Of a stretch of 63,068 nucleotides of DNA, positions 1 through 8,509 are shown one piece after another. The stretch is from a virus (lineage: Duplodnaviria > Caudoviricetes). Numbering within the stretch: the first letter of the stretch is position 1; each line of letters opens with the position of its first letter. Where the stretch lies: the IMG/VR virus record IMGVR_UViG_3300025325_000021, positions 1 to 63,068 of that record; one strand, 5' to 3'. The notes below the pieces were generated by a model. That model was given only the letters and a program-made list of their open reading frames with translations, ran no database searches and was not told the origin of the DNA. Both the position numbers and the translations under genes were made by a program.

Positions 1-36
1 CCCAGCCCCGCCCACGGTGGACATCTCAAGCTCGAT
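1..36. repeat. Terminal overlap, copy 1 (matches 63033..63068 at 33/36)
   Basis: cccagccccgcccacggtggacatctcaagctcgat versus ccccgctccgcccacggtggacatctcgagctcgat. Confidence 0.9.
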
Positions 37-441
37 GCGGTGTGCAAATGACTGTAAGGTCAGAGCAGGGGATGCCGAGCCAATCGCGCCGTCCTCGTCA
101 TACAGACGCAGCACGCCGGTATTGTCAAGCGTTACCCAGATGGCCGGAGTAGCCACACTCGGTGCGTCGTTCAGGACGATGATCGTGTTCTCAGCGGATG
201 GCAGCGTCTCCGGACGTAGATACACCCTATAAAAGAAAGGCCCTGTTCCGCCGCCCGCCGCATATTGGTACGCAAGCCACTTGGGAGTAGCGGAGGACAG
301 CGAGCTGATCTGCACGCTGTACGCGCCGCTGCGTTTGATGGTGCTGGAAATCGACGGCCAGGCACCCGAGCTGCGGGCTGTCCACTCAACGCCCGGCCCT
401 GTATCGTTTAGCTCTGCCCCCAGATACGCCATGCGAGCCAT
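1..441 (-). CDS. 5' part of repeat-containing putative virion protein A; continues across the circular junction into 61137..63068
   Basis: Open frame from ATG at 441 (TGATG overlap with the upstream stop) reads MARMAYLGAELNDTGPG...HRIELEMSTVGGAG. Its last 12 codons match the start of the ORF at the window end. Not in the ORF track. Confidence 0.85.
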   Translation of the reverse strand, partial: MARMAYLGAELNDTGPGVEWTARSSGAWPSISSTIKRSGAYSVQISSLSSATPKWLAYQYAAGGGTGPFFYRVYLRPETLPSAENTIIVLNDAPSVATPAIWVTLDNTGVLRLYDEDGAIGSASPALTLQSFAHRIELEMSTVGGAG

Positions 442-1052
442 CAGTCACTCTCCCAGTCGCGGGCAGCGATGCGCGCCCGCAGGTCGTCCAGAGCATCGGA
501 GAAGCTGAGATCCTCACGCAGTAAGGGTTGCCGATCTCTCACGAGGTCGGGAAACACCTCACGTAGCAGCCGTGACGAGCAGGCTATCCCCCACAACGGC
601 CTGACTAGCATGCGTCGATCAACCAGGCGGTTGATCTGGATTTGCAGCCCGGCCACCGTGAATTGCAGATGGTCGGTGACAATCGCGCAAATGTCCGCTC
701 CGTAATCGACCGGGCGCTTGATCAGCCAGTTCCAGAAGCGTGGGTGACTGCCAGTCTTGTCCGCGTTGTCAACCGGGCTGTATTGGACGTTTACGACATC
801 CAGAGCATAAAAGTTATTGGGTTGATTGACTCCGGTCGGGAGAACTTGGAAGAAGGTCACCTCATGCTGGGTAGATAACCCGGCAATCGTGTAATAGACG
901 CGGGAAATCTCTACCCCGTCCTGGACTGACGGGTCGAACTCCTCTCCTGCCAGATTCAGCACATGGCGAACGGCAACAGCCGCCAACGCGTTGATTTGGT
1001 TGCGATTGGCGGCTGGTGTCTTGTTATGGATCAGTCCCAGCGCCAGGAGCAT
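441..1052 (-). CDS. Hypothetical protein, possibly a degenerate GT-A (GT2-like) glycosyltransferase
   Basis: RBS GAGG before ATG at 1052. The segment 'RFWNWLIKRPVDYGADICAIVTD' resembles the GT2 N..a...gad.i..lD.D region. Weak call. Confidence 0.4.
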   Translation of the reverse strand: MLLALGLIHNKTPAANRNQINALAAVAVRHVLNLAGEEFDPSVQDGVEISRVYYTIAGLSTQHEVTFFQVLPTGVNQPNNFYALDVVNVQYSPVDNADKTGSHPRFWNWLIKRPVDYGADICAIVTDHLQFTVAGLQIQINRLVDRRMLVRPLWGIACSSRLLREVFPDLVRDRQPLLREDLSFSDALDDLRARIAARDWESD

Positions 1053-1181
1053 ATCTGCCTCAAAAAAAGAAAATATAAAGTTGTTAAGGTGCGACAAAAA
1101 GCAGCGGTTATTAACAACCGCTCATTGAAAGTATCAGGTGCAAAATGCGGGCAGCAAAGTCCCGGCAGGATCAGCCACAAG

Positions 1182-1877
1182 TCAGACTCCCCGCAGTTTT
1201 TCGTAAGCCTCCACGGATGGGCGTAGCTCGTCTGTCAAGGAGATCGGCTGGCGCTCGTCCTTCCTAGCAATGGTCTTGCTTTGCAGGGCAAGACCATCAC
1301 CGCGAAAGTTTTCCCCGACTACCAGTTCGACCTTGCCGCTGATAGTCAACCCAAATGCTTTGCTGGCATAAGCGAGGGGGTTGGCGACAAACATGTCATA
1401 GAAGAACGGCTCGATCTTCTTCCCTGTGTGCTTGATCATCCAGACGTAAGAAGCCGAGAACTCCGCGTCGCTGATCTCTAAGTTGCCCTTTGCCCGTAGC
1501 GCAGCCAGCACCTTGAGCGGATGGCGCAGGATCATGAACGCACCGTATGCCAGGTCAAAACTGGACGCAAGGTTCGCTCTCCATAGTTTCTCGACCTCCG
1601 GGAAGGGTGCCCAGATATCGCTAAACCCGTACATCGCCAGTCCAAGCGACTTCGCCAGCGCTCCGTAGTCCTTCAATTCCCAGTCATCTTCCAGCCTGAC
1701 CTCGCCGTACCGGGTCGATTCCAGGGTGATTGCCCTGTGTCCGCCGCGAAACATCTCCGCGATGAATAGGCATCTCTCGATGGAGTTGAAGAACTGCGTG
1801 ATGATCGTACTACCGGAGCAGGGAAACGAGAACAGGGCGACAAGCAAAGGCTTATCGCCCTTGGTCGCGATCTTCAT
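1182..1877 (-). CDS. PAPS-dependent sulfotransferase family protein
   Basis: N-terminal 'LFSFPCSGSTII' resembles the 5'-PSB loop (PRSGST), followed by 'FIAEMF' and a 3'-PB-like 'ILRHPLKVLAAL'. Confidence 0.7.
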   Translation of the reverse strand: MKIATKGDKPLLVALFSFPCSGSTIITQFFNSIERCLFIAEMFRGGHRAITLESTRYGEVRLEDDWELKDYGALAKSLGLAMYGFSDIWAPFPEVEKLWRANLASSFDLAYGAFMILRHPLKVLAALRAKGNLEISDAEFSASYVWMIKHTGKKIEPFFYDMFVANPLAYASKAFGLTISGKVELVVGENFRGDGLALQSKTIARKDERQPISLTDELRPSVEAYEKLRGV

Positions 1878-1879
1878 GA

Positions 1880-2317
1880 CTACGTCTCGTCCCAGACCAT
1901 GTGTACGGACACGTTGGATGTGCCCACTGCCGAGCGCAGGCTGAGCTGGCCGGCGTTGCGCACGATGATCTCCTCGCCTGGTCGTGCCACCCAGCGGTAG
2001 ATGCCGCCGTTAGCATTGACCGGTAGACGGAGCATCGGTGTACCTGACAGGGTCGGTTGGGTAACCCAAGTCGTGTTGACGGTTTGGGCCGAGGCCGGAG
2101 CGTCCGGGTCGAGCTTCTCCGGGGTGATTGCGCCGCCGGGGGTAGCACCGCCCGTTGAACGCTGTACCATCAGCTCGTTTGCTGCACTGGCCGTGCCCAT
2201 CCCGCCGATGCTGACCTCGATGATCGCTGCCTTACGGCTTGCCGCTGTGACCAGGGTCATCGTATCATCGGTGGTGCTGAGTGCAACGTTGCTACGTGTT
2301 ACTGAAAATCTTGCCAT
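1880..2317 (-). CDS. Putative virion structural or decoration protein
   Basis: Beta-rich, T/A/G-rich, tightly coupled in the late operon. Confidence 0.55.
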   Translation of the reverse strand: MARFSVTRSNVALSTTDDTMTLVTAASRKAAIIEVSIGGMGTASAANELMVQRSTGGATPGGAITPEKLDPDAPASAQTVNTTWVTQPTLSGTPMLRLPVNANGGIYRWVARPGEEIIVRNAGQLSLRSAVGTSNVSVHMVWDET

Positions 2318-2531
2318 TTTTGTTATCCTCCGTAAGTTTTCCTATATGCTCGTATTGAACGTACAGGTCATAATGGATCGAGCCGTCATCATTCAGCCCG
2401 GGGACAAGGTGGATATTAGCCACGTAGTAGCCTGTGCGCTGGATGAAACGTTGAAGCGCATCGCCAAGAGCCTGGTTGAATTCCTGGGTGGCGATAGAGA
2501 AAGTTTCGCGATCTTCCATTGTCTCAGTCAT
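2292..2531 (-). CDS. Hypothetical protein
   Basis: Fills the gap in the late operon and overlaps the next start. Confidence 0.5.
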   Translation of the reverse strand: MTETMEDRETFSIATQEFNQALGDALQRFIQRTGYYVANIHLVPGLNDDGSIHYDLYVQYEHIGKLTEDNKNGKIFSNT

Positions 2532-2534
2532 GGT

Positions 2535-2921
2535 TCAATACTGAGCAATCAACAAAGTCACGTCAACAGAATCGTCGTCATTTGCCTGGGCTATCGTGAC
2601 CTTGACCTTGTCATGGATCACCACTGGGGCGAACTCACCCGTCACTGCAACCCCTGAGGTGTCATGGTTCTGCACCACGGGGTAGCGGACGACGTCCGTT
2701 GCCGCGTTTACCAGAGACAGGATCGTCTGCGCCGGGAAGGCTGACACTCCTGCAGTCTCGACCGTCACGTCCGTAGTGGCTGGGGGGCTATCAAGGTACT
2801 TGACGTACACAGCAAGTATCCTGCCGCGCACGATCTGATCTGTCGTCTTGTTAGACGTTGCAACGCCAGCTCCGCCAGCCGCGAGGCCGGAGTTGATCGG
2901 GCCGACCAGACTCATGATCAT
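2535..2921 (-). CDS. Putative virion structural protein
   Basis: Beta-rich, ATGA-coupled to the upstream gene. Confidence 0.55.
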   Translation of the reverse strand: MIMSLVGPINSGLAAGGAGVATSNKTTDQIVRGRILAVYVKYLDSPPATTDVTVETAGVSAFPAQTILSLVNAATDVVRYPVVQNHDTSGVAVTGEFAPVVIHDKVKVTIAQANDDDSVDVTLLIAQY

Positions 2922-3256
2922 TTTTCTGCCTCGCTTTCCGGTTCGCCCTGCTCCGGTTTTGCAGCCTTGCGGACGTCTGCAACGGTGACCAGTCCGTCCT
3001 TGCCCGTCCCTGATACCTGGGACAAATCGACGCCCGTCTCGGCAGCGAGCTTCTCTGCCGCTTCCGTAATCATCGGTTTTGTCTCCTCGGCCTCCGGCTC
3101 ACTGGAGGCGACCTCGATATCGAGAAACGGATTCGCCAGCGCCTCCGCGATCCTGTCCGGGGGCACGTCCGTCCAATGATGCTTGGAGAACTGCACCCCC
3201 GCACAGGCAGTGATCGCAGAGAGGCGCGAGTCTTGTTTGACTTTTGCGCGCATCAT
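2918..3256 (-). CDS. Small head-region protein with an E3-binding (peripheral subunit-binding)-like domain
   Basis: 'ITEAAEKLAAETGVDLSQVSGTGKDGLVTVADVRKAA' fits the a..lA.e.gvdl..v.GtG..Grit..DV pattern. Confidence 0.75.
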   Translation of the reverse strand: MMRAKVKQDSRLSAITACAGVQFSKHHWTDVPPDRIAEALANPFLDIEVASSEPEAEETKPMITEAAEKLAAETGVDLSQVSGTGKDGLVTVADVRKAAKPEQGEPESEAEK

Positions 3257-3296
3257 GTATTCCCTTCTTGCTCCCGAACAGTTGCCCGGGAGTCAG

Positions 3297-3701
3297 CTAC
3301 GCCACGGTGACGCCGGTATTGTTGACGATCAACCAAACCGCGTTGTGAGCAACCAGCAAAAGCCCACTACCGATTGCAGCCGCAAATGTACCTACGTCAC
3401 CCGTCGCACCTGCCCCGTTGAAGCCTGGAGTAGTCTGCGTCACAGTATGAGCCGCAGCAGTGGCGCTGATGATGCACAGGAGCGTCCCGTTCTGCGCCGC
3501 AGTCGGAGCAGCGAGGGTCATCGCAGCCGCTGTTCCTTTGGTAATGACTGCGATGGCGGATTCGATAGCGATTGCTCCATCGGCTCCGTACTCGGTAACC
3601 TTGAAACGTTCGCCGGACAAGACACCAGCCATCGTCAGAGCACCGCCGGACACGATTGCGCCCGTCACGTTGAGAGGGCCAGACAGATTAGTTTGAGCCA
3701 T
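3297..3701 (-). CDS. Putative capsid-associated structural protein
   Basis: A/G/T-rich, immediately downstream of the major capsid gene, RBS GGAGG. Confidence 0.6.
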   Translation of the reverse strand: MAQTNLSGPLNVTGAIVSGGALTMAGVLSGERFKVTEYGADGAIAIESAIAVITKGTAAAMTLAAPTAAQNGTLLCIISATAAAHTVTQTTPGFNGAGATGDVGTFAAAIGSGLLLVAHNAVWLIVNNTGVTVA

Positions 3702-3710
3702 GCCAGCCTC

Positions 3711-4685
3711 CTACGTATTGCCCATAACAGCCAGCCGCCAATCCCCGTAGAATACCTGGTAACGGGCATGCCATTTAAAGTAGCGCACGCCGCCGCCGCC
3801 CTGGGTTTCATCATCCCAGATGATCAATTCGGGGTTTTTACGGTTTTGAAGGTTGACCGGTTTTTCGGGCATGGAGGTGTCGATAACAAACCATGCTGAG
3901 GTATCCAACCAGCCACCGGGGGCAACCAAATGACGCACGCTCCCGGCGTAGGGGTTGATACTGCGATCCGCAGTGGCGTAGTCCTCTCGGTTGGCTGAAA
4001 TCTGCGCAGCGATGCGCTCCAGGTCGGGCGGAACGATCAACAGGTTATGGTTGAAGCCGATTGGCTGCCCGCGATCATCCAGGAACTTTGCCGAGGCAAC
4101 TTTGACCGTCTCGAAGTTGTTCAGGGAAAGCGCCAGGGCGAACAGGTTGTCCTGTCCAGTCTGGTACTCCGCGCCTGGGTCGATGTGGGCGTTGTTAAAG
4201 AAGGTCAGATTGTCATAGCCGTTGCCGTAGGTCGCGCCGTCACCGGAGTTAAGGGCGGAGAAGGACAGATAATCCTTGTGGCGCTCGAAGTTCACTGCCG
4301 CGCCGCGCGCCCATCCTTCCAGGTCGCCTGCCCTGTCGTCGTCGATAGCGTTATGGAAAATGCCGACCGCGATCTCGTAGTCAACGTTGTAGACGCGCAC
4401 CGCGCGCTCGTTGCCGCCCACGATCCGGATCGACCTGCCCTCGTTGGACAGCCCGACCTTGACCGCGCCGGTCTCGCCATGCAGCCCGCCTGCGCCCTGT
4501 TTCCCGGCGTTCTGGACGGGCCAGGGGACGTTGCCCATGTCGGCGTAGTCTTCGAACGACCCGTCAGAGGTCACCTCGCGAACGAAAGCTGAGCGCATGG
4601 GAGTAAATGTCTTGCTGCCCAACAGGAAGCCAGTCCGCACCATGCGCTCCAGGTGCGCGGCGATGTCTTTGCGTGAGATTGCCAT
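3711..4685 (-). CDS. Major capsid protein (Mu gpT-like)
   Basis: 324 aa with gpT-type motifs 'YNVDYEIAVGI...IDDDRAG', 'GYDNLTFFNNAH', 'DDRGQPIG..LLIVPPDLE', 'AWFVIDTS', 'YGDWRLAVMG'; RBS GGAGG. Confidence 0.9.
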   Translation of the reverse strand: MAISRKDIAAHLERMVRTGFLLGSKTFTPMRSAFVREVTSDGSFEDYADMGNVPWPVQNAGKQGAGGLHGETGAVKVGLSNEGRSIRIVGGNERAVRVYNVDYEIAVGIFHNAIDDDRAGDLEGWARGAAVNFERHKDYLSFSALNSGDGATYGNGYDNLTFFNNAHIDPGAEYQTGQDNLFALALSLNNFETVKVASAKFLDDRGQPIGFNHNLLIVPPDLERIAAQISANREDYATADRSINPYAGSVRHLVAPGGWLDTSAWFVIDTSMPEKPVNLQNRKNPELIIWDDETQGGGGVRYFKWHARYQVFYGDWRLAVMGNT

Positions 4686-4712
4686 TTGATTTTACCTCCT
4701 AGATTACGTTGA

Positions 4713-5210
4713 TTACGTCGCCGCGTTAGCCATCAAGAACGCTGGCTCGATGTTGACCCAGACGTAGCCGTCAGCAACATCCTCGATGTACCCGACCCAC
4801 AGGTTGTTTGTCGAAGTGGTGGTAATGGTGTCGTCATCCGAGGCGTAGGCTGCCGCGCCAATGTCGGTGATTGCCAATGATCCTGCGGCAAATCCCCATA
4901 CACCGTTGCGGGCAACGGTCACCTCGACCGCGCCGTCAGCCAGGTTAGAAGCCTTGACTTCCTGCTTCTCCACTGCGATGCCGCCAAAGATGTCACCTGC
5001 CGCCATAGCCACTGACGCGGTACTCGGGACAGCCCGGAAGTAACCATCGGTGTCGGAGACGTCGCACACCAGGAGCGAGCCTTTATAGACGGTATGTTCG
5101 AGGTTGCCCGCGCCAAAGTTGGTATAGCCGGCCAGCTTGAGTTTCTCGTAAGCCAGGTTCCCGTGGGCCAGCCGCGCGGGGCGCTGTTTGTTTGCAGATA
5201 GAACAGCCAT
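4713..5210 (-). CDS. Capsid decoration/cement-like protein
   Basis: Lies between protease and capsid genes; 'VYKGSLL', 'FGGIAVE', 'DIGAAAYASDDDTIT', 'WVGYIEDV...VWVNI'. Confidence 0.7.
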   Translation of the reverse strand: MAVLSANKQRPARLAHGNLAYEKLKLAGYTNFGAGNLEHTVYKGSLLVCDVSDTDGYFRAVPSTASVAMAAGDIFGGIAVEKQEVKASNLADGAVEVTVARNGVWGFAAGSLAITDIGAAAYASDDDTITTTSTNNLWVGYIEDVADGYVWVNIEPAFLMANAAT

Positions 5211-5272
5211 TTGTTAGACCCTCCGTATGTTTCTTGTAAGTTTACGCCTCGGCAGATTGCCTCCTGCCAGGG

Positions 5273-7318
5273 CTATTTGTTCCAGGCGCTCAGGTCATAC
5301 TGGGCCAGGTCGCCCAGCTCGTTAACCAGCAACGGGCTGCGCAGATCGACAAGAGTCAGCTCACCGGAGTCCAGCTTCTCTGCAAAGTATGCGGGGAGCT
5401 TCCCTGTGCCCTGCGGCCTCTTCTCGTTCCCGATCTCCGCGAACTCGACGATCCCGTCCTTGGCAACCTTCTGAACCAGATCGTTCCAGAAACCAGCCTG
5501 GTCTTGGGGAAGGCGCAACAGCGCTTCCGCGAGCTGATCTGCCTGGATTGGCAGGGCGTACGGATACTCCTCGCTGCCGATGGTGACCCTAGTTGCCAGC
5601 TCCTGGGCATCGCGCTTGCGCGTCACCTGGGCCAGGCGGCGCAGATACGTCTCCTCTGCCTGCTTCTGGATCTGCTCGTAGTGCTGAGCAAGAGCGGACT
5701 CGATGCGCTCCTGAGCTTCGCCTTCCAGGTGTTCCAGGTTGAGCAGTTTGACCAGGTCTACCACGGCATCCGGATTCCTGTCGTCACCGGGCGGGAGCTG
5801 ATCCGGGGGCGCGCCGATCTTGGTCACCAGCTTGGCAACCGCCCCGTCAACTGTCTTCGCGATCAAAGATTCCAATTCCTGCACGTCCATGTCTAAAACC
5901 TCCTGCGGCAGTGTATCTGCCGTGTCAAATTCTTGTTCCGCTTCCGCGGGCGGGGACTTCCCCGCGATCTTGTAAATACTTGCGGGTGCGGGTTTATCGA
6001 ACGCACCCCGCCACATGCTGATGATCTTGTTGGCTGCCGCCTTCCGCCTGCCAGCGAACCAGTCCTGGGGCACATCGGCTGGTTTCTTGACCGCGCCGAT
6101 TCCCCTGGCACCTGAGGCGGTCGCCCGTAGGGCGTTGCGGTTCGGGGCGCTTCCGGGTGATTTGCGAATCGGGAGATAGCACAATCCTTTGACGGGTTCA
6201 TCCTGGCCGGGGTATCCGTTCAGGTCAAGCAGCGAGACTTTGCGCAGGTCAGCCACGGTCAGATCGCGGCGCACCGCGCCGGCGTCCCACGGAGAATTGT
6301 CGAATTTAGCAAGCTCGGTTGGCTCGCCTAAATTAAGAGCGCGGCGAAACATATCCCGCATCGCCTCGATCCAGTCTTTACGCACCTTGACCCAATCGTC
6401 AAAGTCGGCAAACTCGATCCCGTCGTCCGTGCGTTCGTAGGGCACCTTGAAGTAATCCCCGTCCCTGCTGACGATGCAGTAATCGTCGAATACCTCTGTC
6501 ACCCAGCCCGGCGATTCCGTAACCGCCTCATGCTTGACCGGGTGCATCTTGTTCCACGCCTCGTACACGTCACGGATTTTCTCGTCATAGGATTCGTCAT
6601 CATCGTCCTGCAAATCCGAGATTACCAGGACCGATGACATCTCAACCGGGCGTAGCAGAACGTTCTGCTTGCCGTCACGAGAGGCGGGCCAGTTGGTCAA
6701 TGAGCCGCCGAGTATGACTTTGTTTTTCAAGTCCAGCGTGGGGGAGAACAGCTTGCGGATGCCCTTCGAGATCAGCTCCTTGCCGACTTCCGTCCAGCGA
6801 GCCACAAAACGAATGACGTTCATCTTCTTGCCGTCCGGCTTGTCCACCTCCGCCAGGAACACGTCGGTGATCCAGCCCGCGGCGTCGCCTTTGTCGTGGT
6901 TCTGTGCATCTATCGGCAGACCGAGCACGCCACCCGATTCCGAGCGAAGGAACTCGATTGCTTGTTTCGTGTTGTCAACGTATTTTTGTAGGTCAGCCTC
7001 CTTGATCACTACGTCGCGCCCGTACATATCCTCGAACTCTCCGGGCGCTACTCCGTCGAATGGTTTGCCGGGCAAATCCACCTCGCCCGTCATGTCGATG
7101 AACTGAAATTGTTTTGTCACATCTTCCCGTCCTTCCATTCGTTTTTTAACAATGCCGTTCGCGACCCTGAATGCCATCCCTTCACAGTCCTCGCCGCCCT
7201 CTTCCGTACACCTCGCATGGGTGCTGTTCCAGACCTTCACCCACTGCGAGCGCAGCCTGTCGGGGAGCTTCTTTATGTTAGACGGCAAGTCCGGGTCATT
7301 CTTGCCCGAGTATGGCAT
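5273..7318 (-). CDS. Prohead protease/scaffold (Mu gpI-like) with an N-terminal ChaB-like domain
   Basis: N-terminus 'MPYSGKNDPDLPSNIKKLP...QWVKVWNS...AFRVANGIVKK' is ChaB-like. Protease motifs 'LPIDAQNH..AAGWI', 'ARWTEVGKELISKG.RKLFSP', 'GGSLTNWPA'. Helical C-terminal scaffold. Confidence 0.85.
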   Translation of the reverse strand: MPYSGKNDPDLPSNIKKLPDRLRSQWVKVWNSTHARCTEEGGEDCEGMAFRVANGIVKKRMEGREDVTKQFQFIDMTGEVDLPGKPFDGVAPGEFEDMYGRDVVIKEADLQKYVDNTKQAIEFLRSESGGVLGLPIDAQNHDKGDAAGWITDVFLAEVDKPDGKKMNVIRFVARWTEVGKELISKGIRKLFSPTLDLKNKVILGGSLTNWPASRDGKQNVLLRPVEMSSVLVISDLQDDDDESYDEKIRDVYEAWNKMHPVKHEAVTESPGWVTEVFDDYCIVSRDGDYFKVPYERTDDGIEFADFDDWVKVRKDWIEAMRDMFRRALNLGEPTELAKFDNSPWDAGAVRRDLTVADLRKVSLLDLNGYPGQDEPVKGLCYLPIRKSPGSAPNRNALRATASGARGIGAVKKPADVPQDWFAGRRKAAANKIISMWRGAFDKPAPASIYKIAGKSPPAEAEQEFDTADTLPQEVLDMDVQELESLIAKTVDGAVAKLVTKIGAPPDQLPPGDDRNPDAVVDLVKLLNLEHLEGEAQERIESALAQHYEQIQKQAEETYLRRLAQVTRKRDAQELATRVTIGSEEYPYALPIQADQLAEALLRLPQDQAGFWNDLVQKVAKDGIVEFAEIGNEKRPQGTGKLPAYFAEKLDSGELTLVDLRSPLLVNELGDLAQYDLSAWNK

Positions 7319-7407
7319 TGTCCACCTGAAACAAAAAAACCGGGCGCAAAATGCGTCCGGCCAGCCTGGAGACCCCTCCAGGCGAGGGCGGTTATTAGAT
7401 TACCCAG

Positions 7408-7436
7408 TTTATAGCAAAAATCTTCCAACCTGTCAA
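7408..7436 (-). promoter_or_regulatory. Leftward sigma70-type promoter for the head operon
   Basis: TTGACA-17 nt-TATAAA on the minus strand upstream of the protease gene. Confidence 0.7.
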
Positions 7437-7467
7437 GTGGTTCGCGGCAACTGTCAGAAATTGCCTC

Positions 7468-7516
7468 TTGACATATTTTCTAAACTAGGCTATAATAAAT
7501 GCAGGACAAAAGATCA
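7468..7516 (+). promoter_or_regulatory. Early promoter family copy P1
   Basis: TTGACA(7468)-17-TATAAT(7491) followed by the conserved leader AGGACAAAAGATCA. Confidence 0.85.
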
Positions 7517-7532
7517 GAGAAAGGACAAAGAC

Positions 7533-7853
7533 GTGGATCACAATTTCGACCCCAACCGTATACAATTCAGCGACAACCTAATCCGGAGCTTATGGAACGA
7601 AGCATTGTACTGGCTCCAGCACGGGGCGAACCACTCGGAAGCTCGCAGGAAGCGTGAGATGCTCGAGGACTACCGGAATTACTGCTGGCAAGAATTCACA
7701 GAACGTTATCCCGGCGCATATTATTTTCTTCTAGGCAAAGCCCACGAAAACGAGAAGCGCATCCTCGCACATGAATTGGAGCAACCGTACACCAAGCCAG
7801 AGCGCAAGCGATGGATTGAATCAAGGTTGGCTGATCTGAGTTGGCTGATCTGA
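7533..7853 (+). CDS. Hypothetical protein (moron-like cassette)
   Basis: GTG start after AAGGA, directly downstream of P1. Confidence 0.65.
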   Translation: MDHNFDPNRIQFSDNLIRSLWNEALYWLQHGANHSEARRKREMLEDYRNYCWQEFTERYPGAYYFLLGKAHENEKRILAHELEQPYTKPERKRWIESRLADLSWLI

Positions 7854-7900
7854 CATACTTTGATACGTAACAACCAGTGATCAATCGGAAAGGAAATCAA

Positions 7901-8329
7901 ATGGACACAAATGAAAGCACAGACAAGATAATCGTCACCCTGGTTTACATCGGAACAGATCATGACGGAAAGCATGTGTACCGCGAGGTTGACGGCGAAG
8001 CCCTGGGGGAATACCGTGTGTTCGGCAAAAAAATCGGCAGCTATTCGTATCCGGGGATGATGTTCGAAATCCAGAAGATAAGCGGCGACGGGTTCAGCGT
8101 TTACTCCAACACAGTCAACAACGTCCGCCCCTTCCCGGACGAGGACAAGCGCGCAGAGTGGAGCGCGGCGCACAAAGCCAACGAAACCCTGCGTGACATG
8201 CAAAAAAACGCCATGAAAGTATGGATGCAGGAACAGTTGAGTCCGATCCGGGATGCCTACCATCAGCAAAGTACCGGGCGACGCAAGGCGGCATTCCTGG
8301 CGACAGTAATCGAGTATCTCACGAGGTAA
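7901..8329 (+). CDS. Hypothetical protein
   Basis: ATG after the AAGGA RBS. Confidence 0.7.
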   Translation: MDTNESTDKIIVTLVYIGTDHDGKHVYREVDGEALGEYRVFGKKIGSYSYPGMMFEIQKISGDGFSVYSNTVNNVRPFPDEDKRAEWSAAHKANETLRDMQKNAMKVWMQEQLSPIRDAYHQQSTGRRKAAFLATVIEYLTR

Positions 8330-8335
8330 GCCAAT

Positions 8336-8506
8336 ATGGACGTGGTTTACTTGATAACCGCTTACTTGGTTGCCGGATTCATCACTGCCCTGCTTCTCCT
8401 GCTGGAGATATTCCTGTATCCAGATCCAAATATTCCCGAATGGAAATTACTTGGAATCACCATCATTGCCTGGCCCCTGGTCTGGTGGTGGTATCTCCGG
8501 GCGTAA
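8336..8506 (+). CDS. Small membrane protein (56 aa)
   Basis: MDVVYLITAYLVAGFITALLLLLEIFLYP...WPLVWWWYLRA; two hydrophobic segments; GAGG RBS; below the ORF-track cutoff. Confidence 0.55.
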   Translation: MDVVYLITAYLVAGFITALLLLLEIFLYPDPNIPEWKLLGITIIAWPLVWWWYLRA

Positions 8507-8509
8507 GCC

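Noticed and set aside
7152-7532. N-terminal extension of ORF 7152..7853
   Set aside because: It overlaps the protease gene and both promoters; the real start is more plausibly the GTG at 7533.
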